From: an uncultured cyanobacterium
GTDB taxonomy: Bacteria > Cyanobacteriota > Cyanobacteriia > Cyanobacteriales > Nostocaceae
Assembly (NCBI GenBank): GCA_963740315.1
Contig: CAVUDP010000001.1
Span: 224,001-288,000 of the forward strand
Length of the DNA stretch: 64,000 bases
Direction of reading: 5' to 3'
In this document: piece by piece, positions 11,118 to 22,061 of the stretch
Numbering within the stretch: position 1 is the first letter of the stretch
How the letters are laid out: the number at the start of each line of letters is the position of its first letter
Program-made: the position numbers and the translations under genes
The notes under the pieces: generated by a model
Seen by the model: only the letters and a program-made list of their open reading frames with translations
Told to the model about the DNA's origin: nothing
Database searches by the model: none

Positions 11118-11414
11118 ATGTCTCAAAATACTTCTTGTCTGCTTGCGTTAGCTTTAGCAGTTAGTTCTGCTTTGGTTGCAATTCCATCTCAAGCGCAAAC
11201 AGCAACAGAAACAAACAAGGATAAAATAGTATCCTTTCAATCATCTGTAAGCAACGATCTAAGATCGAATTTAAAAAATTCTCGCAGTGTAAATCAAAAT
11301 AAGGCTATTAATATTTCTCAGTCACAACCCTCGTCTACAACTGCTAATACTCAGAACACTGAACGGGTAAGGATTCCATTATATAGTCGAATTGGGTTCG
11401 GATTGAAGCAGTAA
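11118..11414 (+). CDS. Small secreted hypothetical protein
   Basis: AGGA RBS, signal peptide ending SQA, Ser/Asn-rich body. Confidence 0.65.
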   Translation: MSQNTSCLLALALAVSSALVAIPSQAQTATETNKDKIVSFQSSVSNDLRSNLKNSRSVNQNKAINISQSQPSSTTANTQNTERVRIPLYSRIGFGLKQ

Positions 11415-11685
11415 TTATGCATAGTTAAGAATAAACCAATCTAATGTAGAGGCTTTGCGATCGCAAAGTATGTACATATGTATATAGTCATAAATATTAC
11501 CCTGTACTGCCTCAGTAATAATTTTCTTAACAATTTTTTGATTTTTTCCTGTCCATCCGGAATATAAGCAAAAATTTTTATAAAAAGAAAAATTCATATT
11601 CCTTTTACGGAACTTATTGGGAATTTTACTGTCAGGGTAATTACTTAGAATATAATTTTCTTAGTTAATTACACATTTTTATCAA

Positions 11686-12429
11686 ATGCTAGTATTTATA
11701 ATCGCTTTAAAAAGTCCGAAAGTATCAAGTTCATGGGAAGTAGTATCTCAACTATTTGAACGCACTATTAAATCTATTTGCAATCAAACATCCCAAGATT
11801 TTGAAATAGTAGTTGTATGTCATGAAAAACCTCAAATAGAATTTCATAATCCTAAAATTCACTATATTGAAGTTGATTTACCAATTCCCGGAAAAGATAG
11901 TGTAAGTAGAGAAGCAGATAAAGCAAATAAATTATTAACAGGTTTAGCCTATGCAGGAAAGTTTAATCCATCACACGCAATGATAGTGGATGCTGATGAT
12001 TGTGTGAGTAAGCATATTGCAAAATATGTTAACCAAAATCCTCATAGTCAAGGCTGGTTTATAAAAAAAGGATATGTATATTCACCAGGAAATAAGTTTA
12101 TTTACTTACGTAATAAAGCATTTAGTAGTTTATGTGGTTCTGGAATAATTATTAAATACGGTTTACACGATCAACTCTTTAAAAATGAGTATTACGATCA
12201 TAAAATTACCCGTCTTAAAAATAATATTAATTTAGAACCTTTACCCTTCGCTGGTGCAGTATATATTATCCAAAATGGAGAAAATATATATCTAACCCAC
12301 TCTCGTCATTCTGAGTCACGGGCACAACTAAAAAAGAAAGGGTATATTCATTACCTTCGAGATTTATTACAATATAGATTTTTAAATAAAAGAAATCTTG
12401 CAGATTTTTGTTTGGCTGATAGTAACTAA
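11686..12429 (+). CDS. Glycosyltransferase, GT-A/family 2-like
   Basis: SICNQTSQDFEIVVVC and MIVDADD DxD motif. Confidence 0.85.
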   Translation: MLVFIIALKSPKVSSSWEVVSQLFERTIKSICNQTSQDFEIVVVCHEKPQIEFHNPKIHYIEVDLPIPGKDSVSREADKANKLLTGLAYAGKFNPSHAMIVDADDCVSKHIAKYVNQNPHSQGWFIKKGYVYSPGNKFIYLRNKAFSSLCGSGIIIKYGLHDQLFKNEYYDHKITRLKNNINLEPLPFAGAVYIIQNGENIYLTHSRHSESRAQLKKKGYIHYLRDLLQYRFLNKRNLADFCLADSN

Positions 12430-12442
12430 TAAATTTTTTTAA

Positions 12443-12604
12443 GAGGTTGCTTGAAAAGTGGTTAGCTGTGGTTTTAGGCACTTATCAATCCCCCCTAACC
12501 CCCCTTACAAAGGGGGGAATCGGAATCAAAGTCCCCCTTTTTTAAGGGGGATTTAGGGGGATCTTAAAGTTTGTGGTTTTATTTATCACTTGGAAAACAT
12601 TCTC
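12443..12604. mobile_element. MITE with GAG-type termini and TAA target duplication (IS5/IS1031-like ends)
   Basis: TAA-GAGGTTGCTTGAAAAGTG ... CACTTGGAAAACATTCTC-TAA; sister copy at 42741-42870. Confidence 0.65.
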
Positions 12605-12635
12605 TAAGATAGCCACTGCATAATTTTTGATAAAA

Positions 12636-13619
12636 TTAAGTTGATTTGATTGTAGAATAATTAGTTTTATTGCTAAATTTTCGTAAGTATTTTATTTTAA
12701 TTGACTTAGCTAATATCCTGGGTATGGTATAAACTTGCCAAATACAAAGATTCCATAGATATCCATATTGTGGATAACATTTTAATAATAATATTTCTGC
12801 CAACAAATAGATGCGAGTTTCTTTCAAAGCGCTATCTCGCATAATAAATCTAATTTGCTCCTGTTTGGGCATAGCATGACCAATTATTGCGTCTTTTTGA
12901 TAAAATTTAGCTTGGATAAATAGTCCTAATAATCTATCTAAACTCCATGCAGGCAACCAAGTCAAAGCTCCTTTAATTTTCATTGCTGCGGATATTTCAG
13001 ATAAAGCAGATTTGACCAATTTTGTTTGCCAAACTCGGTTATTGAAGTTTTCAAAATGAATTCCATTTTGATCGGTTCTCTGCTTCCAAGGAAAAATTAT
13101 ATGACGAATGTCTAAGGGTTTATCTAAAGGTGCAATAGGAACTTCTAACAAACCTTGAAAATTACCATTTTGATAAGGGAAGGGATTTTCGGTAGTTTTT
13201 TTACAAATTTCTAATTGTTCAATATTAGTCAGCGATTGCCATTCTTTTTTGATATTTTCTTCGTCAGTATCATCGACTTTAGCAATGTTTAATCTTAGTA
13301 CCCAACTATCGGCAAATTTGGTAAAATATTGGGCGACTAAATCTGCTATATCATGATGTAAATAGTCATCATCATCTAAAGCCATTACATATTCGCTATC
13401 TGCGTTAATCAACCCGGTGAATCTTTGCGTTACTTCACCTTTAAAAGGGCTAATTAAGTTTTTAATCCTAACGTCATCGATATCTCTTACTGTGCCATTT
13501 GGGGGATAAACTAAAATAAATTGGACGTTACCTTTGATTTTTAATAACTCTTCCAACCAACGATCGCCAAAATTGCCTCTGGTTGCGGTAACTATAGTTA
13601 AAATAGGTTGATTATTCAT
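12636..13619 (-). CDS. Glycosyltransferase family 2 protein
   Basis: ILTIVTAT start, EYVMALDDDDYL DxD motif. Confidence 0.8.
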   Translation of the reverse strand: MNNQPILTIVTATRGNFGDRWLEELLKIKGNVQFILVYPPNGTVRDIDDVRIKNLISPFKGEVTQRFTGLINADSEYVMALDDDDYLHHDIADLVAQYFTKFADSWVLRLNIAKVDDTDEENIKKEWQSLTNIEQLEICKKTTENPFPYQNGNFQGLLEVPIAPLDKPLDIRHIIFPWKQRTDQNGIHFENFNNRVWQTKLVKSALSEISAAMKIKGALTWLPAWSLDRLLGLFIQAKFYQKDAIIGHAMPKQEQIRFIMRDSALKETRIYLLAEILLLKCYPQYGYLWNLCIWQVYTIPRILAKSIKIKYLRKFSNKTNYSTIKST

Positions 13620-13754
13620 CTAATAAATTATGCTCATTTTATCTAGTTTATAACATCGATTTTTACTGGTTGTCAAAATGAAATTTTATGATAAAACTAA
13701 TATGTTAACTCCTAAAAATATCAGAAATTAGTAATATTTTATTTTGGTAATTAT

Positions 13755-14993
13755 ATGCGAATCTTAATGCTTTCTTCTACCTTTCCTTATCCCCCCACTC
13801 GCGGAGGAACGGAGGTTAGAACCTTTAATTTACTTAAGTATCTGCAACGCCATCATGATATAACTTTAATTACGCAGTATAACAAAGATACTGCTGATGC
13901 AGAAGTAGAAGAATTACGCAGATGGGTAAGCGAATTAATTTTATTTCCCTTACCTTCAAAACCAAATCAAACAGTTAGCTTGTCAAATATATTGGCAAAA
14001 GGACGACGGTTTGTAGAGTCAGTTGTAAAAGCGACTCCTCCGAATGTGTTACATCGTTACTCTCCCGAAATTCAATCTATTGTTGATGACTACGTACATA
14101 ACGGTAAATGTGATGTAATTACCTGCGAACATAGCGTTAATGAAATATATATTCGACCGGAATTTAAGCATTCCGTAAAAACTGCGATCGATATCCATAG
14201 TTCTGTTTGTGGATGGACACGCGATCATTTGGAAATGGGCGCTTCTCCGAATGCTTGGCGCGATCGCCTGTATTTATCACTAGTACTCAAGCGCTATGAA
14301 AAACGTTATTGCAGTAAATTTTCGGATATTGTAGTCACTACTGAAGACGATCGCCAAGAATTCCTCAAACTACGTCCCGATTTGGATATTCAAGTAGTTA
14401 CTAATGGTGTTGATTTAGATATTTTTACTCCTCGTATTAGCGATCCTGGTGGATATAAACTCATTTTTGTGGGCGCTATGGATGCATCACACAACATTGA
14501 TGCCGCACGGTTTTTCGCGATCGAAGTATTACCCGAACTCCGCAAACGCTATCCCGAAACTACATTCATTATTGCAGGGGCACGTCCGACACCAGAAGTG
14601 ATAAAATTAGCCGAACATCCCGGTGTAGAAGTTACGGGACTGGTGACTTCAATTACTGAGTATCTGCATAAATCTACGGTTTGCGTCGTTCCTCTACGAA
14701 CGGGTTTTGGAATCAAAAACAAAACTCTCGAAGCAATGGCTGCTGGTGTTCCCGTAGTTAGTAGCGATCGCGGTTTGGAAGGACTCGCAGTAGATAGTGC
14801 AGACACGCCATTACGAGCATTACGTGCAAATCAGCCAGTTGAATACGTAGAAGCTATTAGCAAGTTGTTTGCAAATCCGCAGTTACGAAGCGAATTATCC
14901 CACAATGCCAGACAATTCATCGAAAATCAGTTTACCTGGGAAAGTGCGGGTGAACTTTACGAACAAATTTGTATGGGGAAGGTAAATCATTAG
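13755..14993 (+). CDS. Glycosyltransferase family 4 protein
   Basis: FPYPPTRGG, VTNGVD, GIKNKTLEAMAAGVPVV GT-B motifs. Confidence 0.92.
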   Translation: MRILMLSSTFPYPPTRGGTEVRTFNLLKYLQRHHDITLITQYNKDTADAEVEELRRWVSELILFPLPSKPNQTVSLSNILAKGRRFVESVVKATPPNVLHRYSPEIQSIVDDYVHNGKCDVITCEHSVNEIYIRPEFKHSVKTAIDIHSSVCGWTRDHLEMGASPNAWRDRLYLSLVLKRYEKRYCSKFSDIVVTTEDDRQEFLKLRPDLDIQVVTNGVDLDIFTPRISDPGGYKLIFVGAMDASHNIDAARFFAIEVLPELRKRYPETTFIIAGARPTPEVIKLAEHPGVEVTGLVTSITEYLHKSTVCVVPLRTGFGIKNKTLEAMAAGVPVVSSDRGLEGLAVDSADTPLRALRANQPVEYVEAISKLFANPQLRSELSHNARQFIENQFTWESAGELYEQICMGKVNH

Positions 14994-15218
14994 AACCGCG
15001 ATCGGGGGAGACGTAGCAGTGCTACGTCTCTACAATTCGTCGGAACAAATATAAGAAATATTTTGATTAAAAAAGGTGGATGCTAATTGTCCGCCTTTTG
15101 TATTTTTGATAACTAATTTTGCCGCAAATCAGTATCTCTCGCTAGTATAAAAAAGGAAACAAACTTATACCCTTTGCGGTCAGGTAGTGCTGACTGATAT
15201 ATAGGCAAAATTACCCGT

Positions 15219-16058
15219 ATGGATACGAACGAGTTAAAGTTTTTACTGAAGTTGTTAGGGTGCGAAAATTACCGCTCGACCTTGAATAGCAATGCTTTCA
15301 AATCATTTAAGGGTAAAAACACAATTTGCCAAAGTTTAGGCGATCGCGACATCATCGATTATTCTCGCGAGATTGCTACTGTCAAAATTTTACCCCCCGG
15401 TCAAGCTTTGTTGGAACTTGATGCGGCGGAGATTCCTATCGAGCAGAAAGAACTTAAGATACTGGAGAATGTTGGTAAAGCTTCAGGTAAAGTTGCACCG
15501 AGTAAAATCAAATCTTCGTTGAAAGCTGCACAGAAGGAAGAGATATTAAAAAGTTTGGGCGATCGCGGATTAATTGAAACTGAAATCAAGATTAAAAGGA
15601 CGAAAGCTGAAGTATGGCTGACTGAGCGAGGAATTGAGTTATTACGAGATGAGTATACTCCCAAGAAGGGGACTAACCCAACTCTAAGTTTAGATTTACT
15701 CAATAATTACCTGCGCTTTTTACGGAAAACTCTACCTAATAAATCGGAACAAGCCAGTATTACCACGGAGTCTACTGTAGAGATTACTAATATTACTGAC
15801 GTAGAAATTTTACAAATCATCCAGAAATTAGATAAAGAGTTAGGTACTGAGAATTATTTGCCAATCTTCCATTTGCGGCAAAAATTACAACCCCCACTAT
15901 CGCGGGATGAGTTAGATAAAGCACTTTACCGCTTGCAAGCTGACGACAAAATTGATTTAGGTACTTTGCAAGAAGCTAGCGCTTACACTCCCGAACAGAT
16001 TGATACTGGTATCGTACAAAATGCTGGTGGTCCGCTGTTCTATATCACAGTTGAATAG
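15219..16058 (+). CDS. Winged-helix-like DNA-binding protein, probably the family annotated as RcaD
   Basis: wHTH-like segments (LGDRGLIE...VWLTERG; LPIFHLRQKL...ELDKALYRL); RcaD assignment is from recall of the family and its ATPase neighbour, not a search. Confidence 0.6.
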   Translation: MDTNELKFLLKLLGCENYRSTLNSNAFKSFKGKNTICQSLGDRDIIDYSREIATVKILPPGQALLELDAAEIPIEQKELKILENVGKASGKVAPSKIKSSLKAAQKEEILKSLGDRGLIETEIKIKRTKAEVWLTERGIELLRDEYTPKKGTNPTLSLDLLNNYLRFLRKTLPNKSEQASITTESTVEITNITDVEILQIIQKLDKELGTENYLPIFHLRQKLQPPLSRDELDKALYRLQADDKIDLGTLQEASAYTPEQIDTGIVQNAGGPLFYITVE

Positions 16059-16100
16059 CAATATTATATTTTAATTCGCGACTCACACCACACTTTAATC

Positions 16101-18186
16101 ATGACATCTATCGATAATATTATTCAGCGTGAGGTCAATCCTTTTGGTCTTATAAATTTCAAACCGGGTAACTTTTGGGGAGAAAAACAAGATTCAAGTA
16201 ACAGCGTTGATTCAATTCATCAAGAAGTAATAACTGAAGTTGAAGAACTTCTCGATTTAGTTATTAGAGATAATCGTAGCCGTAGTTTGGTGCTTTTAGG
16301 TGACTCCGGTTCTGGTAAAAGTTATTTATTAGGTCGGCTCAAGCGTATCCTTAATTCTAAAGCCTTTTTCGCTTATATCGGTCCTTGGGCTGATAGCGAT
16401 TACATTTGGCGACACGTTTTACGTTCTACCGTTGATAGCTTAATTCAAATTCCCGAAGGACAACAAGATTCGCAGTTGATGCTGTGGCTGAAAAGCTTGT
16501 CAGCGTTTACGAAAAGCAATAATAATATTTGGCAGTTTTTGCAGAGCGATCGCCGTAAGTTTATTCAACATCTGAAAAGAACTTATAAAACAGCTGGACT
16601 TTTCAATCCCGACTTTTTTTTTGGTGTACTACACGATTTAACAGATCCAGAATTATATCCTATCGCTTGCGAGTGGTTGCGGGGGGATGACTTAAGTGAA
16701 GAGTCGATGGAAGCGTTAAAGGTTAGCAGATGTATTGAATCAGAAGATGCAGCTAAATACATTTTGGCAAACTTTGGCAGAATTTCAACTCAAACTCAAC
16801 CGATTGTTTTATGTTTTGATAATTTGGATAATATTCCTCGTTTGTCGGATGGTTCTCAGGATTTTCAATCTTTATTTAATGTCAATACAACTATTCATAA
16901 TAGCTATCTAAAAAACTTTTTAGTTATTATTAGCGTCATTACTGATACATTGAAAAAAAATCTTAAACACATCCAGCAAGCTGACAAATATAGAATTGAT
17001 AAAACATTAAAATTAAAACAAATTAACTTAGAACAAGTAGAAGCTCTTTGGGCTTATCAGCTAAAACCGTTACATCAAAAAGCAAATCCACAGCCGACAT
17101 CAGCCATTTTTCCGTTAAATAAGCAATTATTAGCAGAAAGTTTTCCCGGTGGTAAAGCTCTGCCTAGACGTACACTAACTTTAGCAAAAAACGAGTATTA
17201 CAGATATAAATTATCGCTGATAGATAGTACTGCAATACCACGACAAGAAGACAGCGCTAAAAATGTTAAATTTGGCGTTAAGATTCCAGGGCTAGATAAA
17301 CCCCCGTTAGTGATTACGACTACAAAAGAATCGAAAGACAGCCAAACAATTGCAGCCGAGTTTGAATTGCTATGGCAAAAGGAATATAAGAAAATTCAGG
17401 AGAAAACTAAAAAAATAACTTTATTATCAGCACCCGATTTGATTGGGATGTTAAAAGAAGCCTTGGAAGCATTAGAAACACAAGGAATTAAACCGAAACT
17501 TATTAGTGGAAAATATGCGGGTTATTCTTTGAGCTATCAACAACCTGGAAACGGCGAATCGCATAGGAATAGTTTGGACGGAAGATTCTAATATGACCAG
17601 CTTTTTTAATATTATGAATGCTTCTCTTAAGGCAATTCAAAAACAGCTTTGTGACAAACTATATTTGATTAGAATTGGTAGCGTTGGAAATGGAAAGCTC
17701 AAAGGTTATCAACTATATCAGCAGATATTCACGGGCACAGAAAATATCCATATTAAACCGAATCTACCTTCCGTTCACGTATTAGCTACCTATCATAGTT
17801 TGGTAAATGCTGCTGAAGCTCAAGAATTAGTAGTTTCCGGTAAAACTATCAAATTACAAGAATTGCAAAAATTAATTCGGGAATCTCAACTTTTAGATAA
17901 ATGTACTTTGCTACAGAATTTAGGAATTGTTGCGAAAAGTTCTGGAGAAGATAAAGATAAAACTAGAAGGGATTTTAGACAAGTACAAAATTTCCTATTT
18001 AATCTTGTCAAAACTGAAAAATGTATGGGATTTCCTAGTTTAATATCAAATTGTATGGCTGAGTTTTCTGATGTGAGTGAAAGTGATATTGGGTTGTTGA
18101 TTGAAGATTTATATCAAGCAAAAAAAGTTAAAATTATCAACCAAAAAGCGAAGTTACAAGATCGGTTGATTTTGTTGAATGTTTAA
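16101..18186 (+). CDS. P-loop ATPase (RcaG/BrxD-like), split by a frameshift near 17533-17560
   Basis: Walker A GDSGSGKS, EWLRG, Walker B VLCFDNLD; downstream frame reads NRIGIVWTEDSNMTSFF straight into ORF 17593-18186. Confidence 0.75.
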
Positions 18187-18207
18187 TACGTGTTTGAATT
18201 TAACTAA

Positions 18208-18317
18208 CTCGTTCCTGGTTCCTCTGGCTGGGAACGCTTATCCGGAGGCTCTGCCTCTAGAATGGAGTGGAGGCAGAGCCTCTTGAAATGCATTACAAGG
18301 TAGAACCTTGTAACGAG
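18208..18317. repeat. Palindromic intergenic repeat element
   Basis: CTCGTT...AACGAG ends with internal GAGGCTCTGCCTC / GAGGCAGAGCCTC inverted pair. Confidence 0.7.
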
Positions 18318-18359
18318 AAAACGAGAGACATATAGAAAAATATTATAATTATCAGCTAA

Positions 18360-21044
18360 ATGCACTACCTGACAGATGCTACTCAAATAAAAACCCAAAT
18401 CGATCGATTCCGCTCATCTAAAATACTATGGCTGGATACAGAAGTTGCTGACTATTGGACTCCTAAACCTAGACTTTCTTTAATTCAAGTATTAGCTAAC
18501 CCGAAAGATTCTACGGGTGAGTTTGCTTTTCTTCTCGATGTGTTGGATAAACCAGATTTAGCCGCATATTTTATTAAGCAAATTATGGTTAACCCCCAGA
18601 TAAAAAAGGTATTTCACAATGCTAGTTTTGATTTAAAATATCTGGGAGGTAAATTAGTTCCAAATGTTACCTGCACGCTGAAAATAGCTAGAAAAATTAC
18701 TCGTTATAAATTAAAAACTTCTAATTTAAAGCTCAAAACTCTGGCAAAAGAACTTTGCAGCTTTACTAATGTAGATGCTGATGGAGGAGCGAGCGATTGG
18801 GGAAAGCGTCCTCTTACACCTCAACAGTTAGATTACGCGGCGATGGATACGGTTTATCTAGCTGCCGTGCATCGCAGTTTATTAAAGTTCAATTCCGAAC
18901 GTGAAAATAATATTTTTAATATGGCAGCTAATACAAATAAATTTACTAAAAAAACCGATAGTTCATCTACAACCGTTACCAAAGTTAGAGTTGCATTTGA
19001 ATGTCCGCGTCTGTTTTATCTCAACGATAAATTTGGCGGTAATACATTATTTCTTCCCCGCGATACTGTAACTGGAATCGGTAAAATTTTCCACGATTTA
19101 GCAGATGAGTTTGTTAATTTGGCAATTGTTGAACCTAGATTTCAGCAATTATTTAAACCAGAAGCATCGCAGCTACAGGTAGAAACAGTTGTTGACGAAA
19201 TGCAGGAGATTTTTTTAAAAGCTAAATTTTCACCTTACTTAGAAAAAATTGTTGCCAAAGATAGCAGTAAAGCTCAACCAATGCTGCAAGTTTGGCATGG
19301 TTTGCGAGATGTAATTAAACGCTTTGCTGAAATTCTGATAATAAATAGACGCTATTGCAGTGCAGAAAGCGTAATTCGCAATACTTTTATTTCAGAAGAA
19401 CGTCAATTAGAACATTATTTTGATTTACCAAATGGAACCCGACAACAAGTTAGGGGAGAATTCGACTGTTTGCTATACAATTGCGATCGCAAACGTTTAT
19501 GCGTGCTGGAGTTCAAAACCTATCAACCCGTCGATCCATCAGCGCAATTAGCCCAAGTTTCTCTTTATAGTTATATGCTGCAACAAAAGCAGCAACTACC
19601 CGTAGATTCGGCGGTTTACTGCGTTTTACCGGAGTTCAAAGAGTATTATTATGATTGGGAACAGTTGGAAAACACGATACATCAGTTGATTCCCCACAAG
19701 TTACAGCAAATGCAAGATTGGTTAACTTCGGAACCACCTCTGGAGGTACCATCGACAAGTCAGCCTTATTTATGCGAAATTTGTCCGCAACAACAGAAAT
19801 GTCAAAGTTATTTTGGTGATGGGGTAGATTCCGATCGAATCGCTGTAGATAAAGAAGAACATGATTTAGGTAGCGACAACGGAAAATATACTGTTCCAGA
19901 CATTGAGATCCCCCCAACCCACGCCAGTCCCCTCAACGGAGGGAACCTCCGCACGGGGCTGGCTCCCCTTGAGGAAGGGGGGCTTAAGAAAGTTAATGCT
20001 GATGCAATTGGTGAGGAATTGGTAACTACTTTACAATCCTTTGGGATTAATGTAGATTTTATCGGCACTCTTATTGCACCTAGTTTTATTAGGGTGAAAA
20101 TAAAGCCTCAATCGGGTGTGAAATTTGTTTCTGTTTTAAAATTAGCCCCGGATTTACAGATACAAATGGGGTTAGAAAATCTACCGTTAATTGAGCGACA
20201 AGCTGGATACGTGAGCGTTGACTTACCCAATCCCAATAAACAAGCCGCTTTATTTGATGATTATTTAAAGCCACAAAAATTATCCAAATCTGCATCGGTA
20301 AAAATTGCTATCGGGGTAGATTTAGAAGGAAAATTAGTAGAAGCCGATTTATCAGATCCTAATACCTGCCACTTTTTAGTCGGTGGTACAACTGGAAGCG
20401 GTAAAAGCGAATTTTTGCGATCGCAACTTCTCAGTTTACTAGTTCGTTATTCTCCGCAACAGCTAAAAATTGCTTTGGTAGATCCCAAACGAGTTACTTT
20501 TCCCGAATTCGAGAAAATGCCGTGGCTGTATTCACAAGTGGTTAAAGATAGCGATAGTGCGATCGCGCTGATGGAAGATTTGGTAAACGAAATGGAATCC
20601 CGCTATCAGCGTTTTGAAACGGTTGGATGTGCTGATTTAGCCGCTTACAATCAACGTGCCGATAAACCTTTACCCCGCATCATCTGCATTTTTGATGAAT
20701 ATGCCGATTTTATGGCTGAAAAGGAATCTCGTACTGCTTTAGAACTAAGTATAAAACGTTTGGGTGCAATGGCACGCGCTGCCGGAATTCACTTAATTAT
20801 TGCTACACAACGTCCGGAAGCTAAAGTCGTTACACCGATAATTCGCTCTAATTTACCCGGAAGAGTTGCCTTGCGTACTGCCAGCGAAGCCGATTCTGCG
20901 ATCGTTTTGGGGGGTAAAAAAACCGCTGCTGCTTATCTTTTAGGTAAAGGCGATCTCTTATACCAAGTAGGCTCTCAACTGCATCGCTTACAAAGTTTAT
21001 ATGCGAAAAATATTGATTTGAAAGGAATGGAGAATTCCCTATAA
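18360..21044 (+). CDS. Fusion protein: DEDDy 3'-5' exonuclease + Cas4/AddB-like PD-(D/E)XK nuclease + FtsK/SpoIIIE ATPase
   Basis: WLDTE, FHNASFDL, SDW..RPL...YAAMD; ECPR, GEFD..EFKT, Q...Y, CEICPQQQKC; GGTTGSGKS, IFDEYAD, RAAGIHLIIATQRP. Confidence 0.88.
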   Translation: MHYLTDATQIKTQIDRFRSSKILWLDTEVADYWTPKPRLSLIQVLANPKDSTGEFAFLLDVLDKPDLAAYFIKQIMVNPQIKKVFHNASFDLKYLGGKLVPNVTCTLKIARKITRYKLKTSNLKLKTLAKELCSFTNVDADGGASDWGKRPLTPQQLDYAAMDTVYLAAVHRSLLKFNSERENNIFNMAANTNKFTKKTDSSSTTVTKVRVAFECPRLFYLNDKFGGNTLFLPRDTVTGIGKIFHDLADEFVNLAIVEPRFQQLFKPEASQLQVETVVDEMQEIFLKAKFSPYLEKIVAKDSSKAQPMLQVWHGLRDVIKRFAEILIINRRYCSAESVIRNTFISEERQLEHYFDLPNGTRQQVRGEFDCLLYNCDRKRLCVLEFKTYQPVDPSAQLAQVSLYSYMLQQKQQLPVDSAVYCVLPEFKEYYYDWEQLENTIHQLIPHKLQQMQDWLTSEPPLEVPSTSQPYLCEICPQQQKCQSYFGDGVDSDRIAVDKEEHDLGSDNGKYTVPDIEIPPTHASPLNGGNLRTGLAPLEEGGLKKVNADAIGEELVTTLQSFGINVDFIGTLIAPSFIRVKIKPQSGVKFVSVLKLAPDLQIQMGLENLPLIERQAGYVSVDLPNPNKQAALFDDYLKPQKLSKSASVKIAIGVDLEGKLVEADLSDPNTCHFLVGGTTGSGKSEFLRSQLLSLLVRYSPQQLKIALVDPKRVTFPEFEKMPWLYSQVVKDSDSAIALMEDLVNEMESRYQRFETVGCADLAAYNQRADKPLPRIICIFDEYADFMAEKESRTALELSIKRLGAMARAAGIHLIIATQRPEAKVVTPIIRSNLPGRVALRTASEADSAIVLGGKKTAAAYLLGKGDLLYQVGSQLHRLQSLYAKNIDLKGMENSL

Positions 21045-21095
21045 ATGTAGAGACGCGATATATCGCGTCTCTATATATCGTGTCTCTACAGAGGA

Positions 21096-22061
21096 TTAAT
21101 TGCGACCCAAATTCAACAACTCTTTAGGAGATGCGAGCATATCGATCGCCACAAAGAAGATTTTGCCTTCGGGATTTACCAAAAATCGCCATGCAATATT
21201 CATTCCAACGTTGGCACCAAACCAAGGTGTTTCTACTACACCAGTGATTTTTAACTGCTTGGAACCATCTGGACGAGATTCGGAGATACCTTTTTTAGGC
21301 ATCATATTCAACCCTTGGGCTTCTTCACGCATATATTTACCGATCGCCTGTTTGCCAGCAATTGGTTTGTGGAATGGGGGCTGTAGCGCACCATCATCAG
21401 CAAACAATGCTACAGCAGCATCGAAGTTATCTGCGTTCATTGATTCGATGTATTTGATTACCGCAGGCTCGGTAATACCATCAATTTGCACCTTTTTCGG
21501 AGCATTACTACTGCGTTCAAACTCTGGCTCTGCGATAGTTTTGGAACTGCTGGGGCGCATCTCCGAAGTATCGAATCCCATGTCTACAACGGTGTTACGC
21601 AGCACGGTAATTTGCTGACCTGCATCGAGGTTTTTAGTAGTTTCTAAAACTAGTTTCACGCCTTCGGACATTTGATAGTTAGCTGGAACAGGAGCAACTA
21701 CTCCCTGCTTCATCAATTCTCCTAACTCAAACCAAAATGCTAGCTTGGTGTTAACGCTGAAGAAACCATAAGAACGGCTGATGGGTGAGTCAGCGCGGTT
21801 AGCCAAATCTCGCATTACCTGAGTCTGTTCGTCAGCAGACATCTTCTTAATTTGAGTGAGCAAACTTTCTGCTAGCTGCAATCTTGCTGCTCCAGGTGCT
21901 GCGGGGGTAATTGTCTTACCCATTTCGGTATATGCATACCACAAATATGCTAATTTGTCATCTACACTAAGTTGATCGAACAGCGCGATGGTAGCAGGAA
22001 TTTGGCTGGGAAGCTGAGTTCCCTTGAAAATATTTTGAGCAGTATCGAGATTCAAAGCCAT
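21096..22061 (-). CDS. ocp: Orange carotenoid protein, OCP2-like clade
   Basis: N-terminal carotenoid domain (LWYAYTEMGKTITPAAPGAA, NTKLAFWFELG) + NTF2-like domain (ALQPPF, TPWFG, VAIDMLASPKELL); no frp gene adjacent; start at ATG 22061 after GGAG. Confidence 0.93.
   Translation of the reverse strand: MALNLDTAQNIFKGTQLPSQIPATIALFDQLSVDDKLAYLWYAYTEMGKTITPAAPGAARLQLAESLLTQIKKMSADEQTQVMRDLANRADSPISRSYGFFSVNTKLAFWFELGELMKQGVVAPVPANYQMSEGVKLVLETTKNLDAGQQITVLRNTVVDMGFDTSEMRPSSSKTIAEPEFERSSNAPKKVQIDGITEPAVIKYIESMNADNFDAAVALFADDGALQPPFHKPIAGKQAIGKYMREEAQGLNMMPKKGISESRPDGSKQLKITGVVETPWFGANVGMNIAWRFLVNPEGKIFFVAIDMLASPKELLNLGRN

Noticed and set aside
21100..21618. 172-aa plus-strand ORF, and similar shadows at 48894-49358, 59228-59803, 45851-46273
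   Set aside because: Antisense shadows of well-supported genes with no recognisable motifs
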